Below are positions 1 through 13,605 of a stretch of 64,000 bases of DNA, one piece after another. The stretch is from Felis catus (Eukaryota), in the NCBI RefSeq assembly GCF_018350175.1, contig NC_058373.1, positions 108,750,001 to 108,814,000 on the forward strand, read 5' to 3'. Position 1 is the first letter of the stretch. Every line of letters starts with the position of its first letter. The position numbers were made by a program, and so were the translations under genes. A model generated the notes under the pieces. That model was given only the letters and a program-made list of their open reading frames with translations, was not told the origin of the DNA and made no database searches.

Positions 1-255
1 AAGGAGCCTAATAAGATATGAAACTAAATATAATGTGATGTGATCCTGGAGTAGAAAAAGGAAATTGATACAATCTAAAGATACCTGAATAAATTATTGG
101 CTTAAGTTACTCTGTCAATACTGATTCATTAATTATAAAAAATGTGCCATAATTAGGTCAGATGTTAATAATAGGAAAAAAATTGGATATGAGAACTCTT
201 TGTACCATTTTCACAAGTTTTTATGCATTTAAAACTTCTACAATGAAAGGTTTGT
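1..255 (+). mobile_element. Ancient L1 (L1MC-like) 3' end fragment
   Basis: Degenerate L1M 3'UTR motifs (gatgttaataatagg...gagaactctttgtacc...). Confidence 0.55.
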
Positions 256-1464
256 TAAGAAATCACACCTGAGAAGTAAATCAAAAGGCATTATATTATT
301 GTTCAAATAAGTACTAAATCCTCCCTTTTTCCATATCACTGCACTCAAATGAAACAAGATGATTCAGGTTTTTGTGGAAAATACGGAGTTGGATGTTTGT
401 AATCTTCTTATATTTAAAATAATAGTGATAGTGTACACAAGTAACAAATTAATAGAAGGACTTAAAATGAAAAGCCACAGTCCCTGCCCCTATGCTGGCC
501 TGCTTTCTAGGAGGACCTACTTTAACTCTTGTTGCTGATCTCCATGTCTGGATTTTTATATTGACTCTTGCTTAGACAAATCAGGAAGATTACTTACACC
601 TTTCAACTCTTCTTATTCTTCCTTCCTATATATTTTTATCACTGATTTTAGATTTTAGTTCCTTGATTGTTTACCATTGTAACTTCAGATGGTACAATAT
701 ATTTTTTCTTTATTTTTTCACTCCCCACTTGATCAATGAGGATGTTAGCACCATTTCTTTTTTTCAGCCTTCCTCTCTCCTTCTGCCTCTCATTTTTTTT
801 GTCATCACCATACTCTTTTTATTGATTTTTTAATTCTATAAGAAATCAACAGTCTGTATTTTTAATTTTAAAATATTTAAATTTAGAATCTTATAGATGA
901 TACTCAAGTTCCTTTTGACACACCCTAATCTACCTGTCTCCAATCTTGATTTCTTTCCTACTTTCACAGAAATAACCCTTTGTAGCAGTTTGATATGTAA
1001 CTTTCCAGCTGTATTTCTATGCATTACTATGCCTATATATTTATATTAGAAAATGTAAAATGTTTTATTTTTCTATAATTCTGTAAGTTGTTTTTTGTAT
1101 TATACAACTTATATTTTACATTTAATGGTACGTTTTGCATACTATATATATAACTTACTAAATATGGAACTAATGCACGTTTTCCCTACTTCAGTAAATA
1201 TTTCATAGAGTGCTGATGTGTGGCTTTTTCACTACTGACAAATAGTTAGGTCATTTACTCTTTTTTAAATTTAAAAAACTGCTGCAGTAAACATTCCAGT
1301 ATATAGTGTATTATGTACATGCATAAATGTTTTTCTAGGTTACACATGAAAGAGAGAATAGGTGAGACATGCAGTGAGGATAAACACGTATTAATTTATT
1401 ACCATGTGCCAAATGTGATTTACTCATACTTTGTTAAGGGATTTTTGTCAATGCCCACATCCTT

Positions 1465-2445
1465 TTCTTGTAATATCTTTATGAGGTTTTGGTATCTTGG
1501 TTATGCTTAACTCACAGAATAAGTTGTGAAGCATTCCCTCCTTCTGTATTTTCTAAAAGAGTTTTTCTAAGACAGATATTGTTTCTTCCTTAAATATTTG
1601 ATGCGATTCATTCATTAGTTAAGCCACTGAGGACTGGAGTTTTCCTTGTTGGGAGGTTTCTGATAATTCTGTTTCTTTAATAGTAAGTTTATCATATTTG
1701 TTATTGCTTCTATGAAATGTTTTGGTTGTGCTTTTTGAAGAAATTTTCGTTTCATTTAGGTCAGTGGACCTACTATCAGAAACTTATTCATCATACATAT
1801 AGTTGTTCTTTTAATGACTATAATCTCCAGTGATGTTCTCTCCTAATTTGTGGCATTGGTAATTTTTATTTTCTTTTGTTTTCAATCCCCTGGTTAGTCT
1901 TGTCAAGGGTTTATCAACTTCCATTAATGTTTTAAAGAGCCACTTTTGGTTTTGTCAAGTTTCAGTCATTGGCATTCTATCTGACTTTTCTGGTCTTATA
2001 ATGTTTTCTTCCTTCTATGTATTTAATTGATTGATCATTTTAGTTTCTTAGGAGAGAAATTATGAGCAATGATTTTTAGCTTTAAATTTTTAAAATATTA
2101 TTTAACTTTATAAAATATCTTCTAAGCACTGTTTAACTATATCCCCCAAAGTTTGATACACAGGTATTGTGTTTTCTATACCATTCTATTTGCCACAGAA
2201 AAGAATTTACTTATGACTTTTTTCTGTGACCCCAAACCATCACTAACTTGCTAGATATGTGAAAGAGTCATCATGGGAGTGAATCTTCCAGTCCAGGCAA
2301 GTCTTCAGACATCTGCTGTCCTAAAAGATACTTAAAATTGTGTTTTTTACTTAGGAGTGCATTGTTTATATTCAAATATTTGTGACTTTCTAGGGATTTG
2401 GAAGTATGCCACTTAATATTTAAGTATTTGAGACTTTTCAAATAT
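1465..2445 (-). mobile_element. Ancient L1M ORF2 remnant, left part (continues at about 9565)
   Basis: Antisense ORF2 motifs (ggttttggtatc, aagccactgaggactggagttttccttgttgggagg, aagggtttatcaa), heavily diverged. Confidence 0.7.
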
Positions 2446-2596
2446 GTTGCTCTTTTGCTGTACAAAAATTACCCCAAGATTTAGCAAAATACAAACATTC
2501 TCAGTTTCTATGAATAAAGAATCTGGGAGGGACTTAACTGGTGGTTCTGGCTCAAGGGTCTCACATGAGGTTCTAGTCAAGATGCTAGCCAGGACT
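2446..2596 (-). mobile_element. MLT1-type MaLR LTR, first part (split by L1)
   Basis: aaattaccccaagatttagc...ggttctggctcaagggtctcacatgagg matches the MLT1 LTR; resumes at 9171. Confidence 0.75.
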
Positions 2597-4165
2597 AAGA
2601 ATCAACATGGAAGACAAGTAGGGGGCCTAAAGTTCCCTCATTCCTCAAACACAGCAGTATTGAGGCCAGAAGTTTTGGAATTCCAGGAATCCAGGCTACA
2701 AAGTGACAGAAACATCTTCAGGAGCCCACAGGGACAGCTTGTCAGAACAGAGGTGCGTGCTTGCAAATTGGGAGAGATAAAACAGGCAGAGTAGGTACAG
2801 ACCAAAGAGGGAACCCTTTCCGTGGAGAGACAAAAGGAAGAGAAAGAGGCTTTGGAGGTATGGGATTGTATTTGGACAAGTGAAAAACCTCTCTGGTCCA
2901 CGGACCAGGGGACGGAAGAAAGCGGAGAGTGCCAGTCTCTCACTTGCAAACAACCTTAGGAGTAATGATGCAGAGTTGCGTAACTTTCTCTGGACTGACC
3001 AGAGCTGCCTGTGTGTGTGCCTGGCCCACGGGGAGGGCGTGCCAGCCCTGGGCTTGGTAGCTAGCTGAGGCACAATGCAGAGGAACATTGGTAGAGCAGT
3101 CCCCTCCCTCCACTGCTGTGGGAAGAGGGTGTATCACTGCTCCAAGGCTACAAGCACCAGCCAGAGGCCCTTTGTTGCTGGGCAGACTGGCACTACCCTA
3201 GAACTGGGGCTCATGGAGTGGGATTCTTTAATACATTGGGGTTTGAATCTCAGCTGAGTGCCTTGAAGGTGTGGGAGACTGAAGCAGGACAAACCAGTGT
3301 CCACGTGGCACTGTGAGGACTGCCTGAATAGTGTGGTTTGGGATACCCACTGTCCTCTGGGGAGGAGAGATTGGGGTGTCACCATTTTTCTCCCCATTAC
3401 CAACACAGTGGGGCTACAGATGACCGGACAATGGTCTCCAGTGGAGGCAGACCCACTTACACCAAATGCTGCCCCTCTGTGCCTGGCAACTGCATATCTA
3501 CCAGAGTGAGAATGACACTGACCAAACCAGACTGCCCCTCTTCCAGACCAGTGCAGCCACCTGTTACAAGGCACCATCAGACAACAGTCTGGCAGTTTGC
3601 ATTTCTGATTTGATTCTTGGTCAATTATTATTTTATATATATATATGTGCGTGTGTGTGTGCGTGCGCGTGTGTGTGTGTGTATTTTTTTTCTTTTCTTC
3701 TTTTTTCTTCCCTTCTCTGTTCTGGTTGTTGGTTTGTTTAAGCAGACATTTTGATCCATTATTTTTACACCTCTTCTATATCTCCTTCTTCTTTATCCCC
3801 CGCCCCTCTGGATTAAGCTGTATAATTTCTTTGCCTGGTCATTTTTCCCCCCTGACCGTTTCATTTCTCTCTTTGTATGGGATAAGTTTCTTCCACCACC
3901 ACCACCCCTTTTTAAGTTTTTTCCAGGGTTACTTCGATGAACAAGTCAAAGCACACCTGGTGGAAGGTCCAAACCACCACTACAAGTAGGGAGATAAAGC
4001 AACCAGAGACACAACAACAGAGAGCACACAACACACTCTGAGAACACCTCCTGAAGTGCCATGTCCTGGACAGTGTATGACCCTTTTTTAATATAGTAGT
4101 TCTCGTAGGTGCAGGACATGTAACAAGCTATTAAAGCACGTAAAAAAAACAGAAAGCTAGCCAAA

Positions 4166-5036
4166 ATGATGAAACGGACAAATTCTCCCCAAAAGAAATT
4201 CCAGGAAAAAATTATAGCCAGAGAATTGCTCAAAACAGATATAAACAATATATCTGATCAAGAACTTAGAATAACAGTCATAAGACTAATAGATGGGCTT
4301 GAATAAAAGTATAGAAGACAGCAGAGAATCTATTGCTACAGAGATCAAGAACCTAAGAAATAGTTAATGATGAATTACAAAATGAGATGCAAAAGAAGCT
4401 AGGTGCAATGACCCCAAGGATGGAGGAAGCAGGGGAGAGAATAAGTGAAATAGGAGATACAATAATGGAAAGAATGGAGCTGAAAAAAACAAGAGATGGG
4501 AAAATACTAGACCACAAGGGGAAAGTTAGAGACCTAAGTGATTCAATGAAACATAATATCCATATCATAGGAGTTCCAGAAGGAGAGAGAGAAAGGGGCA
4601 GAAGGTTTATTTGAACAAATTATAGCTGAGAACTTGCCGAATCTGGGGAAGGAAGCAGACATCCAAGTCCAGGAGGCACAGAGAACTCCCTTCAGAATCA
4701 ACAAGAACAAGTCATCACCACAGCATATCATAGTGAAATTGGCAAAATACAAAGATAAGAATTCTAAAAGCAGCTGGGGACAAACAGGCCTTAACCTGCA
4801 AGGGTAGACATAGAAGGGTAGTAGCAGATCTGTCCACTGAAATGTGGCAGGTCAGAAGGAGGTGGGAGGAAATATTCAATGTGCTGAATAGGAAATATAT
4901 GCAGCCAAGAATCCTTTATCCAGCAAGGCTGTCATCCAGAATAGAAAGAGAGATAAAGGCTTTCCCAGACAGACAAAAACTGGAGTTCATGACCACTAAA
5001 TGAGCCCTTCAGGAAATCCTAAGGGGGACTCTGTGA
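4166..5036 (+). pseudogene. L1 ORF1p, disrupted
   Basis: Starts MMKRTNSPQKKFQE and ends EILRGTL*; contains stops and frameshifts. Confidence 0.9.
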
Positions 5037-5104
5037 GTGGAATGCTGCAAAGACTATAAAGGACCAGAGACATCACCACAAGTATGAAACCTACACACAA
5101 CACA

Positions 5105-8100
5105 ATGACACTAAATCCATATCTTTCAATAATTACTCTGAAAGTAAATGGACTAAACACCCCAATCAAAAGACACAGAGTATCATAATGGATAAAAAAA
5201 AACCAAGATCCATCTATATGCTGTCTATAAGTAACTCATTTTAGACCTGAGGACACCTTCAGATTGAAAGTGAGGGAATGGAGAACCAACCATATATCAT
5301 GCTACTGGAAGTCAAAAGAAAGCTGGGGTAGCCATACTTAGATAAGATAAAGTAGATTTTAAGCTAAAGACTGTAACAAGAGATAATTACAGGGTCTATC
5401 CATCAAGAAGAGTTAACAATTGTAAATGTCTATGCCTCCAACTTGTAAGCACCTAAATATTGATCACAAACATGAACAATCTTATTGATAATACAGTAAT
5501 TGTAGGCAACTTTAATACTCACAACAGTGAACAGGTCATCTAGGTAGAAAATCAATAAAGAAACAATTGCCTTGAATGATACACTGGACCAGATGGACTT
5601 GACAGATATTTTCATAACTTTTCATCCAAAAGCAGTAGAATACACATTCTTCTCAAGTGCACGTGGAACATTCTCCAAGATAGATCACATACTGGGTCAC
5701 AAAACAGCCCTCAAGAAATATAAAATGATTGAGATCATACCATGCATATTTTCAGATCACAACAATATGAAACTTGAAGTCAACTACAAGAAAAAATTTA
5801 GAAAGCCTCCAAATGCATGGAGGTTAAAGAACTTCCTACTAAAGAATGAATGGGTCAGCCAGGCAATTAAAGAAGAAGTTAAAAAATATATGGAAGCAAA
5901 TGAAAATGAAAACACAACAGTCCAAACCCTTTGGGATTCAGCAAAGGCAGTCCTAAGAGGAAAATACATTGCAATCCAGGTCTGTCTCAAGAAACAAGAA
6001 AAATCCCACATACACAACCTAATCTCACACCTAAAGAAACTAGAAGCAGAACAGCAAAGAAACCCCAAAACCAGAAGAAGAAGAGAAATAATAAAGATTA
6101 GGCCAGAAATAAACAATACAGAAAAAAAAAAAAACCAGAATGGGTCAATGAATCTAAGAGCTGGTTTTTTGAAAGAATAAACAAAATTGATAACCCCCTA
6201 GCCAGACTTCTCAAAAAGAGGAGAGAACCGAAATAGATAAAATCATGAATGAAAGAGGAGAGCTCACAACTAACACCACAGAAATACAAACAATTATTAT
6301 AGAATACTATTAAAAATTATATGCCAACAAACTGGACAATCTGGAAGAAATGGAAAAATTCCTAGACACCCATACACTACCAAAACTCAAATGGGAAGAA
6401 ATAGAAAATTTGAACATACCCATAACCAGCAAAGAAATTGAATCAGTTATAAAAACTCTCCTGGACAAATAAGAGTCCTGGGTCAGATGGCTTCCCAGGG
6501 GAATTCTACCAGACATTTAAACCAGAGTTAAGACCTTTTCTTCTTAAGCTGTTACAAAAAATAGAAATGGAAATAAAGCTTCTGCACTCATTCAATGAAG
6601 CCAGCAGCATTACCTTGATTCCCAAACCATATACCCCACTAAAAAGAATTACAGGCCAATACCTTGATGAACATGGATGCAAAAGTTCTCAACAAGATAC
6701 TAGCAAATTGATTTCAACAGTATGTTGAAAGAATTATTCACCATGATCAAGTGGGACTCATTCCTGAGCCAGAGGGCTGGTTCAATATTTGCAAATCCAT
6801 TAATGCAATACATCACATTAGTAGAAAAGATAAGAACCATATGATCCTGTCGATAGATGCAGAAAAACCGTTGCAAAATACAACATCCTTTCTTAATAAA
6901 GACCCTCAAGAAAGTTGGGACAGAAGAAATATTCCTTAACATCATAAAAGCCATATATAAAAGGCCTGCAACTAATATCATCCTCAATGGGGAAAAATTG
7001 AGAGCTTTCCACCTGAGATCAGCAACATGACAGGGACGTCCACTCTTATCACTGTTGTTCAACATCATATGGAAAATACTAGCATCAGCAATCAGACAAG
7101 AAAATGAATAAAAGGCATCCAAATTGGCAAAGAAGTCAAACTTTCACTTTTTGCCAATGACATGATACTCTACATGGAAAGTCTGAAAGACTACACCAAA
7201 AAACTGCTAGAACTGATACATGAATTCAGCAAAGTTGCAGGATATAAAACCAATGTATAGAAATTGGTTGTATTTCTATACAACAATAAGCAACAGAAAG
7301 AAATCAAGGAATCAGTCCCATTTACAATTGCATCATGAACCATAAAATACCTAGCAATAAACCTAACCAATGATGTAAAAGATCTGTATGCTGAAAACTA
7401 TAGAAAACTTACAAAAGAAATTAAAGAAGACACAAAGAAATGGAAAACATTACATGCTCATGGATTGGAAGAACAAATATTGTTAAAATGTCGATACTAC
7501 CTAAAGCAACCTACACATTCAATGCAATCTCAATCAAAATTGCACTGGCATTCTTCTCAGAGCTAGAACAAACTATCCTAAAATGTGTATGGAACCACAA
7601 AGGACCCTGAATAGCGAAAGTAATGTTGAAAAAGAAAACCAAAGCTGAAAGCATCACAATCCCAGACTTTAGCCTTTACTACAAATCTGTAATCATCAAG
7701 ACAGTATGGTATTGGCACAAAAAACAGACACATAGACCAATGGAATAGAATAGAGAGCTCAGAACTGGACCCAAAAATGTTTGGTCAACTAATCTTTGAC
7801 AAAACAGGAAAGAGTATCCAGTGGCAAAAGACAGTCTCTTTAGCAAATGGTGCTGGGAGAATTGGTCAGCAACATGCAGAAGAATGAAACTGGACCACTT
7901 TATTACACCATACACAAAAGTAAACTCAAAAATGGATAAAAGACCTAAATGTGAGACAGGAAAACGTCAAAACCCTAGAGGAGAAAAAAGACAACAACCT
8001 CTTTGACCTCAGCTGCAGCAACTTCTTACTTGACATGTCTCCAAAGGTAAGGAAAATAAAAGCAAAGATGAACTATTGGGACCTCGTCAAGATAAAAAGC

Positions 8101-8880
8101 TTCTGTACAGCAAAGGAAACAACCAACAAAACTAAAATGCAACCTATGGAATGGGAGAAGATATTTGCTAATGACATACAGATAAATATGTAAAGAACTT
8201 ACTAAGCCCAACACCCGAAAAACAAATCCATTTAAGAAATGGGCAGAAGACATGAATAGACAGTTTTCCAAAGAAGACATCCAGATGACTAACAGACACT
8301 TGAAAATATGCTCAACATCTCTCATCATCAGGGAACTACGAGTCAAAACCACATTGAGATACTGCCTCACACTGGTCAGAGTGGCTAAAATTAACTCAGG
8401 AAACAACAGATTTTGGTGAGGATATGGAGAAATGAGAACACTCTTTCACTGTTGGTGGGAATGCAAACTGGTGCAGTCACTCTGGAAAAGTGTTGAGGTC
8501 CCTCAAAAAATTAAAAATAGAATTACCCTATGACCCAGCCATAGCACTACTAGGAATTTATTCAAAGGATACAGGAGTGCTGATTCATAGGGGCACACTT
8601 ACCCCAATGTCTATAGAAGCACTATTAACAATAGCCAAATTATGGAAAGAGACCAAATGTCCATCAACTGATGGATGGATAAAGAAGATGGTGTGTGTGT
8701 GTGTGTGTGTGTATACACACACACACACACAAAGTGAGATACTACTTGGAAATGAAAAAGAATAAAATATTGCCATTTGCAACAACATGGATAGAACTGA
8801 AGGGTATATCATGCTAAGTGAAGTAAGTCAGGAAGAGAAAGACATATCATATAATTTCACTTATATGTGGAATTTGAGAA
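5105..8880 (+). pseudogene. L1 ORF2p (EN/RT), disrupted
   Basis: ORF-track fragments such as YTFFSSARGTFSKIDHILGHK...[31 protein letters not shown]. Confidence 0.92.
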
Positions 8881-9170
8881 ACTTAACAGAAGACCATGTT
8901 GTGGGGCGGGGAAGGGAAGGGGAAAAAATAGTTTCAAACAGGAAGGCAAACCATAAGACACTCTTAAATACAGAGAACAAATTGAGGGTTGATGGAGGTG
9001 GGGGAGAGAGGGAAATAATGGGTGATGGGCATTGAGGAGGGTACTTGTTGTGATGAGCACTGGGTATTGTATGTAAGCAATGAATCATGGCAATCTACTC
9101 CTGAAGCCAAGAGCATACCGTATATATACTCTTGTTAGCTAACTTGACAGTAAATTATACTAAAATAAAT

Positions 9171-9565
9171 TAACCAAGACTGCAGACTTTGAAGGCTTCA
9201 CTAGCTGGAGGATTGCCTTCCATGCTGACTCATTCACACATCTGGCAGGTTAGTGCTAGTGTTTGGCTGGAGGCTTCAGTTCCTCACTACAAGATCTTTT
9301 TGTAGGGCTATTTGAGTGTCCATAAGACAGGGAAATTTGGTTTCCAGAGCAAGTGATTGAAAAGAGGAGCCAAGACAAAAATTACAAGTTACAATGCCTT
9401 TTATCACCTACTTTAAAAGTTTAGGCACATTATTTCTCCCATATTCTAGTCCTTTAAAGGGAATCACTGATACAGGTCACACTCAAGGGCAAAGGGAACT
9501 AAGGTCTCCAATGGAAGTTGAGGAGTATTAAAGAATTAGTGAACATTTTTGTAAAACTAGGTATA
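9171..9565 (-). mobile_element. MLT1-type MaLR LTR, second part
   Basis: gaaggcttcactagctggagg...ggaggcttcagttcctc...ccagagcaagtga continues the LTR interrupted at 2596. Confidence 0.75.
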
Positions 9566-9905
9566 TGATTATCTCTAATTCTGTTGTAGTCAGAAATATA
9601 TTCTGTAAGACTTAATTTATTTTGAATTTATTGAGACTTATTTTTATGACCCAGCATGTTGTTGTATCTTGCTGAATATTCCTTATGCATTTGAAAAGAC
9701 TATATTGGCTGTTGTTGAGTATAATTTTCTACAAACGTTAAATTGTGAAGGTGTGGATAGTGTGTTTTAGATCTATGTTCTTACTAATTTTTCTTCTAGT
9801 CATTTTATCAATTAGGATTATTAAAGTCTCCACTTATGAGTATTGATTTATCTAATTTTCCCTTTAGAAATTCTATTGTTTTTGCTTTCTATATTTTGAA
9901 ATTTT
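9566..9905 (-). mobile_element. Ancient L1M ORF2 (endonuclease) remnant, right part
   Basis: gaatttattgagactta...gaatattccttatgcatttgaaaag is antisense EN sequence collinear with 1465-2445. Confidence 0.7.
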
Positions 9906-9919
9906 TTAATCAAGTAGGA

Positions 9920-10381
9920 TATTAACTACTGAAGGTAGAATAATAGATTTAGAAAGTCATCAGAAGATGCTAAAACTAGTGGAAGCTTTATGAGAAAGGT
10001 ATGTACAGACTTTTAAAATGTCTCATTGTAAATCACCTGTTAATTGCAAAAGGGAAAAATAACAACTTTGCAGGGAATAAATCTGGCAGACACTATATTA
10101 ACCAAGTGATAAAAGCTAACGTTACCAATATTGGGACAAACTGACCTCATTTATCTGCTAATATAACACACTGTGGAGGTTGCAATGTCACTTCTGTGAT
10201 CTAATAAACATGCATGAATCTAATAATGAAGTGATATCACAAATGAGGGGCTTTCTACCAAATAACTGACCTGTATTCTTAAAAGATGTCAAGCTTAAAG
10301 ATGGGTAAAGGCTAATTAATTATTTTAAATTTAAAGAAAACTAAGATGAATTAAAAATTTTTTTTAATGTTTACTTTTTGT

Positions 10382-10432
<51 letters not shown>

Positions 10433-11010
10433 CATGAGTGGGGGAGGGGCAGAGAGGGGAAAGAGACACAGAATCTGAAGCAGGCTCTAGGCTCTGAGCT
10501 GTCAGCACAGAGCCAGACGCAGGGCTAGAGCTCACGAGCTGTGAGATCATGACCTGAGCCAAAGTTGGATGCTCAACCTACTGAGCCACCCAGGTGCCCC
10601 CCAAATTAAGATAAATTAAAACTAAATATATAATTCTTGATTTTGAGTTGAATTTCAATTCGGAAAAATAATTGCAAAGGGCATTATTTGAATAAGTGAA
10701 TGACTGATGGAGTTTAAATATGGCTATGGATTAGATAGTAGTATTACAACAGTGTTAAATTTCCTGATATTTTCTTAGTACTGTAGTTATTTAAGAGAAA
10801 GTCTTTTTTTTAGGAAATAAGCACTGACATATTTAGGGATAATGGGGTATGATATCTCCCAGTTACTCTCCAACTCATACACACATACAAAGAAAATGAT
10901 AAAACAAATGTAGCAAAATGAAAAACATTAGTGAATCCAACTAAAGAATATATGGAATTCCTTATACTATTTTTACAACTTTTTAGTAAGCTCAATATTA
11001 AACATGTACA
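9920..11010 (+). mobile_element. Ancient L1MC-like 3' region, split by a SINE
   Basis: atctggcagacactatattaaccaagtgat and gtgttaaatttcctgat L1MC 3' motifs. Confidence 0.65.
10357..10600 (-). mobile_element. CanSINE (SINEC_Fc-type) with long (GA)n
   Basis: Antisense tRNA-derived head (...gagccacccaggtgcccc), (CT)n tract, A tail; degenerate TSD aaactaagatgaattaa/aaattaagataaattaa. Confidence 0.95.
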
Positions 11011-11261
11011 AAACATCTTAAGTTGCCATTGTCCTAAGTCCTGTAAGCAGCTTCCCATTGCTCTCAGGATGAAAACAAATTTGTTGACATGACCTAAGGA
11101 AAGGCCCTACCAAATTTAACCCATAGGTTGCCTTCTCCCACTCCTCTATCTTCTATTATAATGGTCTTTAGTCATTCGCACCCTCAGTCTCTTTTATAAG
11201 GCAGGGTCTTTGGAAATGCTCTTCCCCTTATCCAGGTCTCTTACCTTTAAATTACCTCTTA

Positions 11262-11696
11262 TGTGTGGGAAGATCACAGAACAAGAACATACAGAGGCTA
11301 TTTATTGAGAATTTGCTCTATCAATGGAGTCAGGTCACTTTCACTTGTACTTGGCAGAGACTCAAAGGCAGGCAAAGGATTGGGACAGCTTTATAGTGGA
11401 AAAAAGGGAAGGCTTCAAGCATGATCTAATTGAAGGTTGTTGGCATGGGGAAGCTGAAAGTAGGCTAATTAGCAGTGAGGCTTCTCAAATGATTGTTTGG
11501 GGAACACATTTGACTTTCTCTGGTTGTCCTGAGTTGGCAGCAGGGGTGACAGAGAAGTCACAGACTAGGTCCTGACTGGTCTGGATCTATCGAAGAGAAG
11601 TAGTGGTTTAGCTTCTAAACTTGGTTGCTGAAGAAGTTGTGGGCAGAGTTCTGTTGTCATATATTGTACAGCTGTTGACTGTATATTCAGTCTCCA
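11262..11696 (-). mobile_element. 3' LTR of the ERV1-class provirus
   Basis: On the minus strand a polypurine tract (aaaggggaag) directly precedes TG at 11696; env lies upstream; distal boundary approximate. Confidence 0.7.
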
Positions 11697-11799
11697 CTTC
11701 CCCTTTGGGTTATTCTCTCACTTGTGAGAGGTTGACTAATTCAGGGAATGCTGGGGATCCAGATCTTTACTGCTCAAGAATTGTTCAGTTTTCTCCAGA

Positions 11800-13100
11800 G
11801 TCCATTGTATTTTAAGATCTTCTTAATTTTGTTGTTGTTGTGTCACCATGGTGATCATGTCATTAAGAGGAGATGCACAGAAGCATTTAACACCCTGGGT
11901 AAAATGCACCAGAGAAGCATCATGACCACTATGAAAAAAATAAGACCAATATTCCCTGTAAGATGCTTCAGAACCAGGAACTCTAATTTCCCAACATAAG
12001 CCAAGATACCAAATTTGGTAGAGATTGAGGTTCAACCATAGCCAAGTAGAGTTTTCCTTAAGGTGAGCTCTACCCTGTTCTACCTTGTCTATTTCATTGA
12101 TCCAAATACAGAGAGAAGTATTTGCAGTGGAGTAGATGACATCATTCTAGCCAAGAAGAAATCTAAAGCAATGCCCATCATAACTTACATCAACCAATTG
12201 AGACTTTTCTGTAGACCATTTAGGGAAGAAGTGGCATTATTAATAACTTCTTCTAGAGTTAGTGATAAATTTATTTGCCTTTTTTTCTTTCTTTCTCTCT
12301 CTTTTTAATGAACCCTACTGTTGGCAACATGCTGTTATTGTTTGCGAAAACAGCCTGGGTCAATAAATCTCTCAGGATGAGTGCTTCAATAATCAAGAAT
12401 AGCCCTGCTTATGAACTTGTGTTTGATTGAGTTGGATATTTCAGACTTGGTGATTTATAAAATGAGGGCTTCTGTGTAGAGATAAGTCTTATAATATTCT
12501 TCTGAAAGTACATGAAGTGTTAGTCTGGGGCAAACAGGACCAGGTATCCTGGCTATAAAGGAATTAGTATCTGATTGTTCCATAAAGAACCAGGAAAAAT
12601 AGTAGCTGTTCATGACATGAGGTAAGAACCAAGGTCTTACATTACCTGGGTTTCATATTTGATTCTTTCTTAGTTTTTTCCTGGTGGCAAGCAATTAACT
12701 TATTGCCCTGTGAAGGTTGTTGAATTCAACTTACCTGTGGTATAATCAATAGATTGTAATAATTAATTCTTTTTCTGAAGGAGGACTGTAGCATAGACAC
12801 AGATTGATTTTTAAAGGTCGCTTGTCCATATAGGTTTAAATGGAAGTACTATCTGCTATAATTCCCTATAGTTTCATTTGATGAGAATAGAATTACCTAG
12901 AGGTTTTTATAATTAGGTTCTCATGATGAATGACATACCCAAGAGTTGGTAAGTTGGCAATGGCTACTGTCTAGTGTAATCTGAGAAAGGCATTCAAATG
13001 AGTATGTTCTGACCTAACCATTATAAAAAAGAGTAGAGAAGAAAAAGGGGCATTATTGGTGGACAACAGAGATTTTTTTTATAAAATGAGAAGAATGATT
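11800..13100 (-). pseudogene. ERV env remnant
   Basis: Minus-strand ANLTNSWVCH (decayed CWxC, about 12925-12960) and QKSLN..IALDFFLA..ANTSLCIWIN (ISD/CX6CC remnant, about 12090-12210); many stops. Confidence 0.8.
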
Positions 13101-13605
13101 ATAGGTAAGTGGATGAAAAACAAAGCAGGAATTAGAGGTCTTAGTCTGATGTCTTGGGTAGAAGCTGTCCACTCTCAGGTTGTTTGCTTTTTCAAAAATC
13201 TTAAGTCATCTGTTTGCTTTCAAAGATCATGTGCCTGTAGAGGATTTCGTAGAATCCTGAGTTTGAATCTTCTATTAGAGTAATATTCCAGTTGTGTGGA
13301 ATTCTGGATTGTTTTCTTAGTTGTGAACCATGAATTCAAGGATTGACTTTCTGGAGTTAACTGCTGTATTGTTGTTAACAGTACCTTCAACAAGATTTAA
13401 GAGCATTTTTTCTCTGATATCTCTTCAAGGAGATAAAATCTCCTGGTTGAAGATCATATAGAGGCTTTTTAGTAAGGTGTGGGAGTGCAATCTAAATCTG
13501 TTGGTAATAGGAATGGCTAAGTACATGAGTTCCTTACAATTTTCTTTGCCATGTTTATGTGCAGCAGAGAAGAGTCTAATATCAGAGATGAATTCCCTAA
13601 ACACA

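Larger units (their letters stand above)
2597..9170 (+). mobile_element. Full-length felid/carnivore LINE-1, ORFs disrupted
   Basis: About 1.57 kb 5'UTR, ORF1 and ORF2 fragments (EN SDHN motif, RT), 3'UTR, A-rich end; degenerate TSD tagccaggact (2586-2596) / taaccaagact (9171-9181). Confidence 0.95.

Noticed and set aside
2444..3989. Many overlapping ORFs
   Set aside because: MLT1 and L1 5'UTR sequence, partly low-complexity
8690..8731. (GT)n-(AC)n palindrome
   Set aside because: Microsatellite at a position where other L1 copies in this window also carry (CA)n
11800..13100. Domesticated syncytin-like env
   Set aside because: Multiple stops and frameshifts, and the key cysteines are lost
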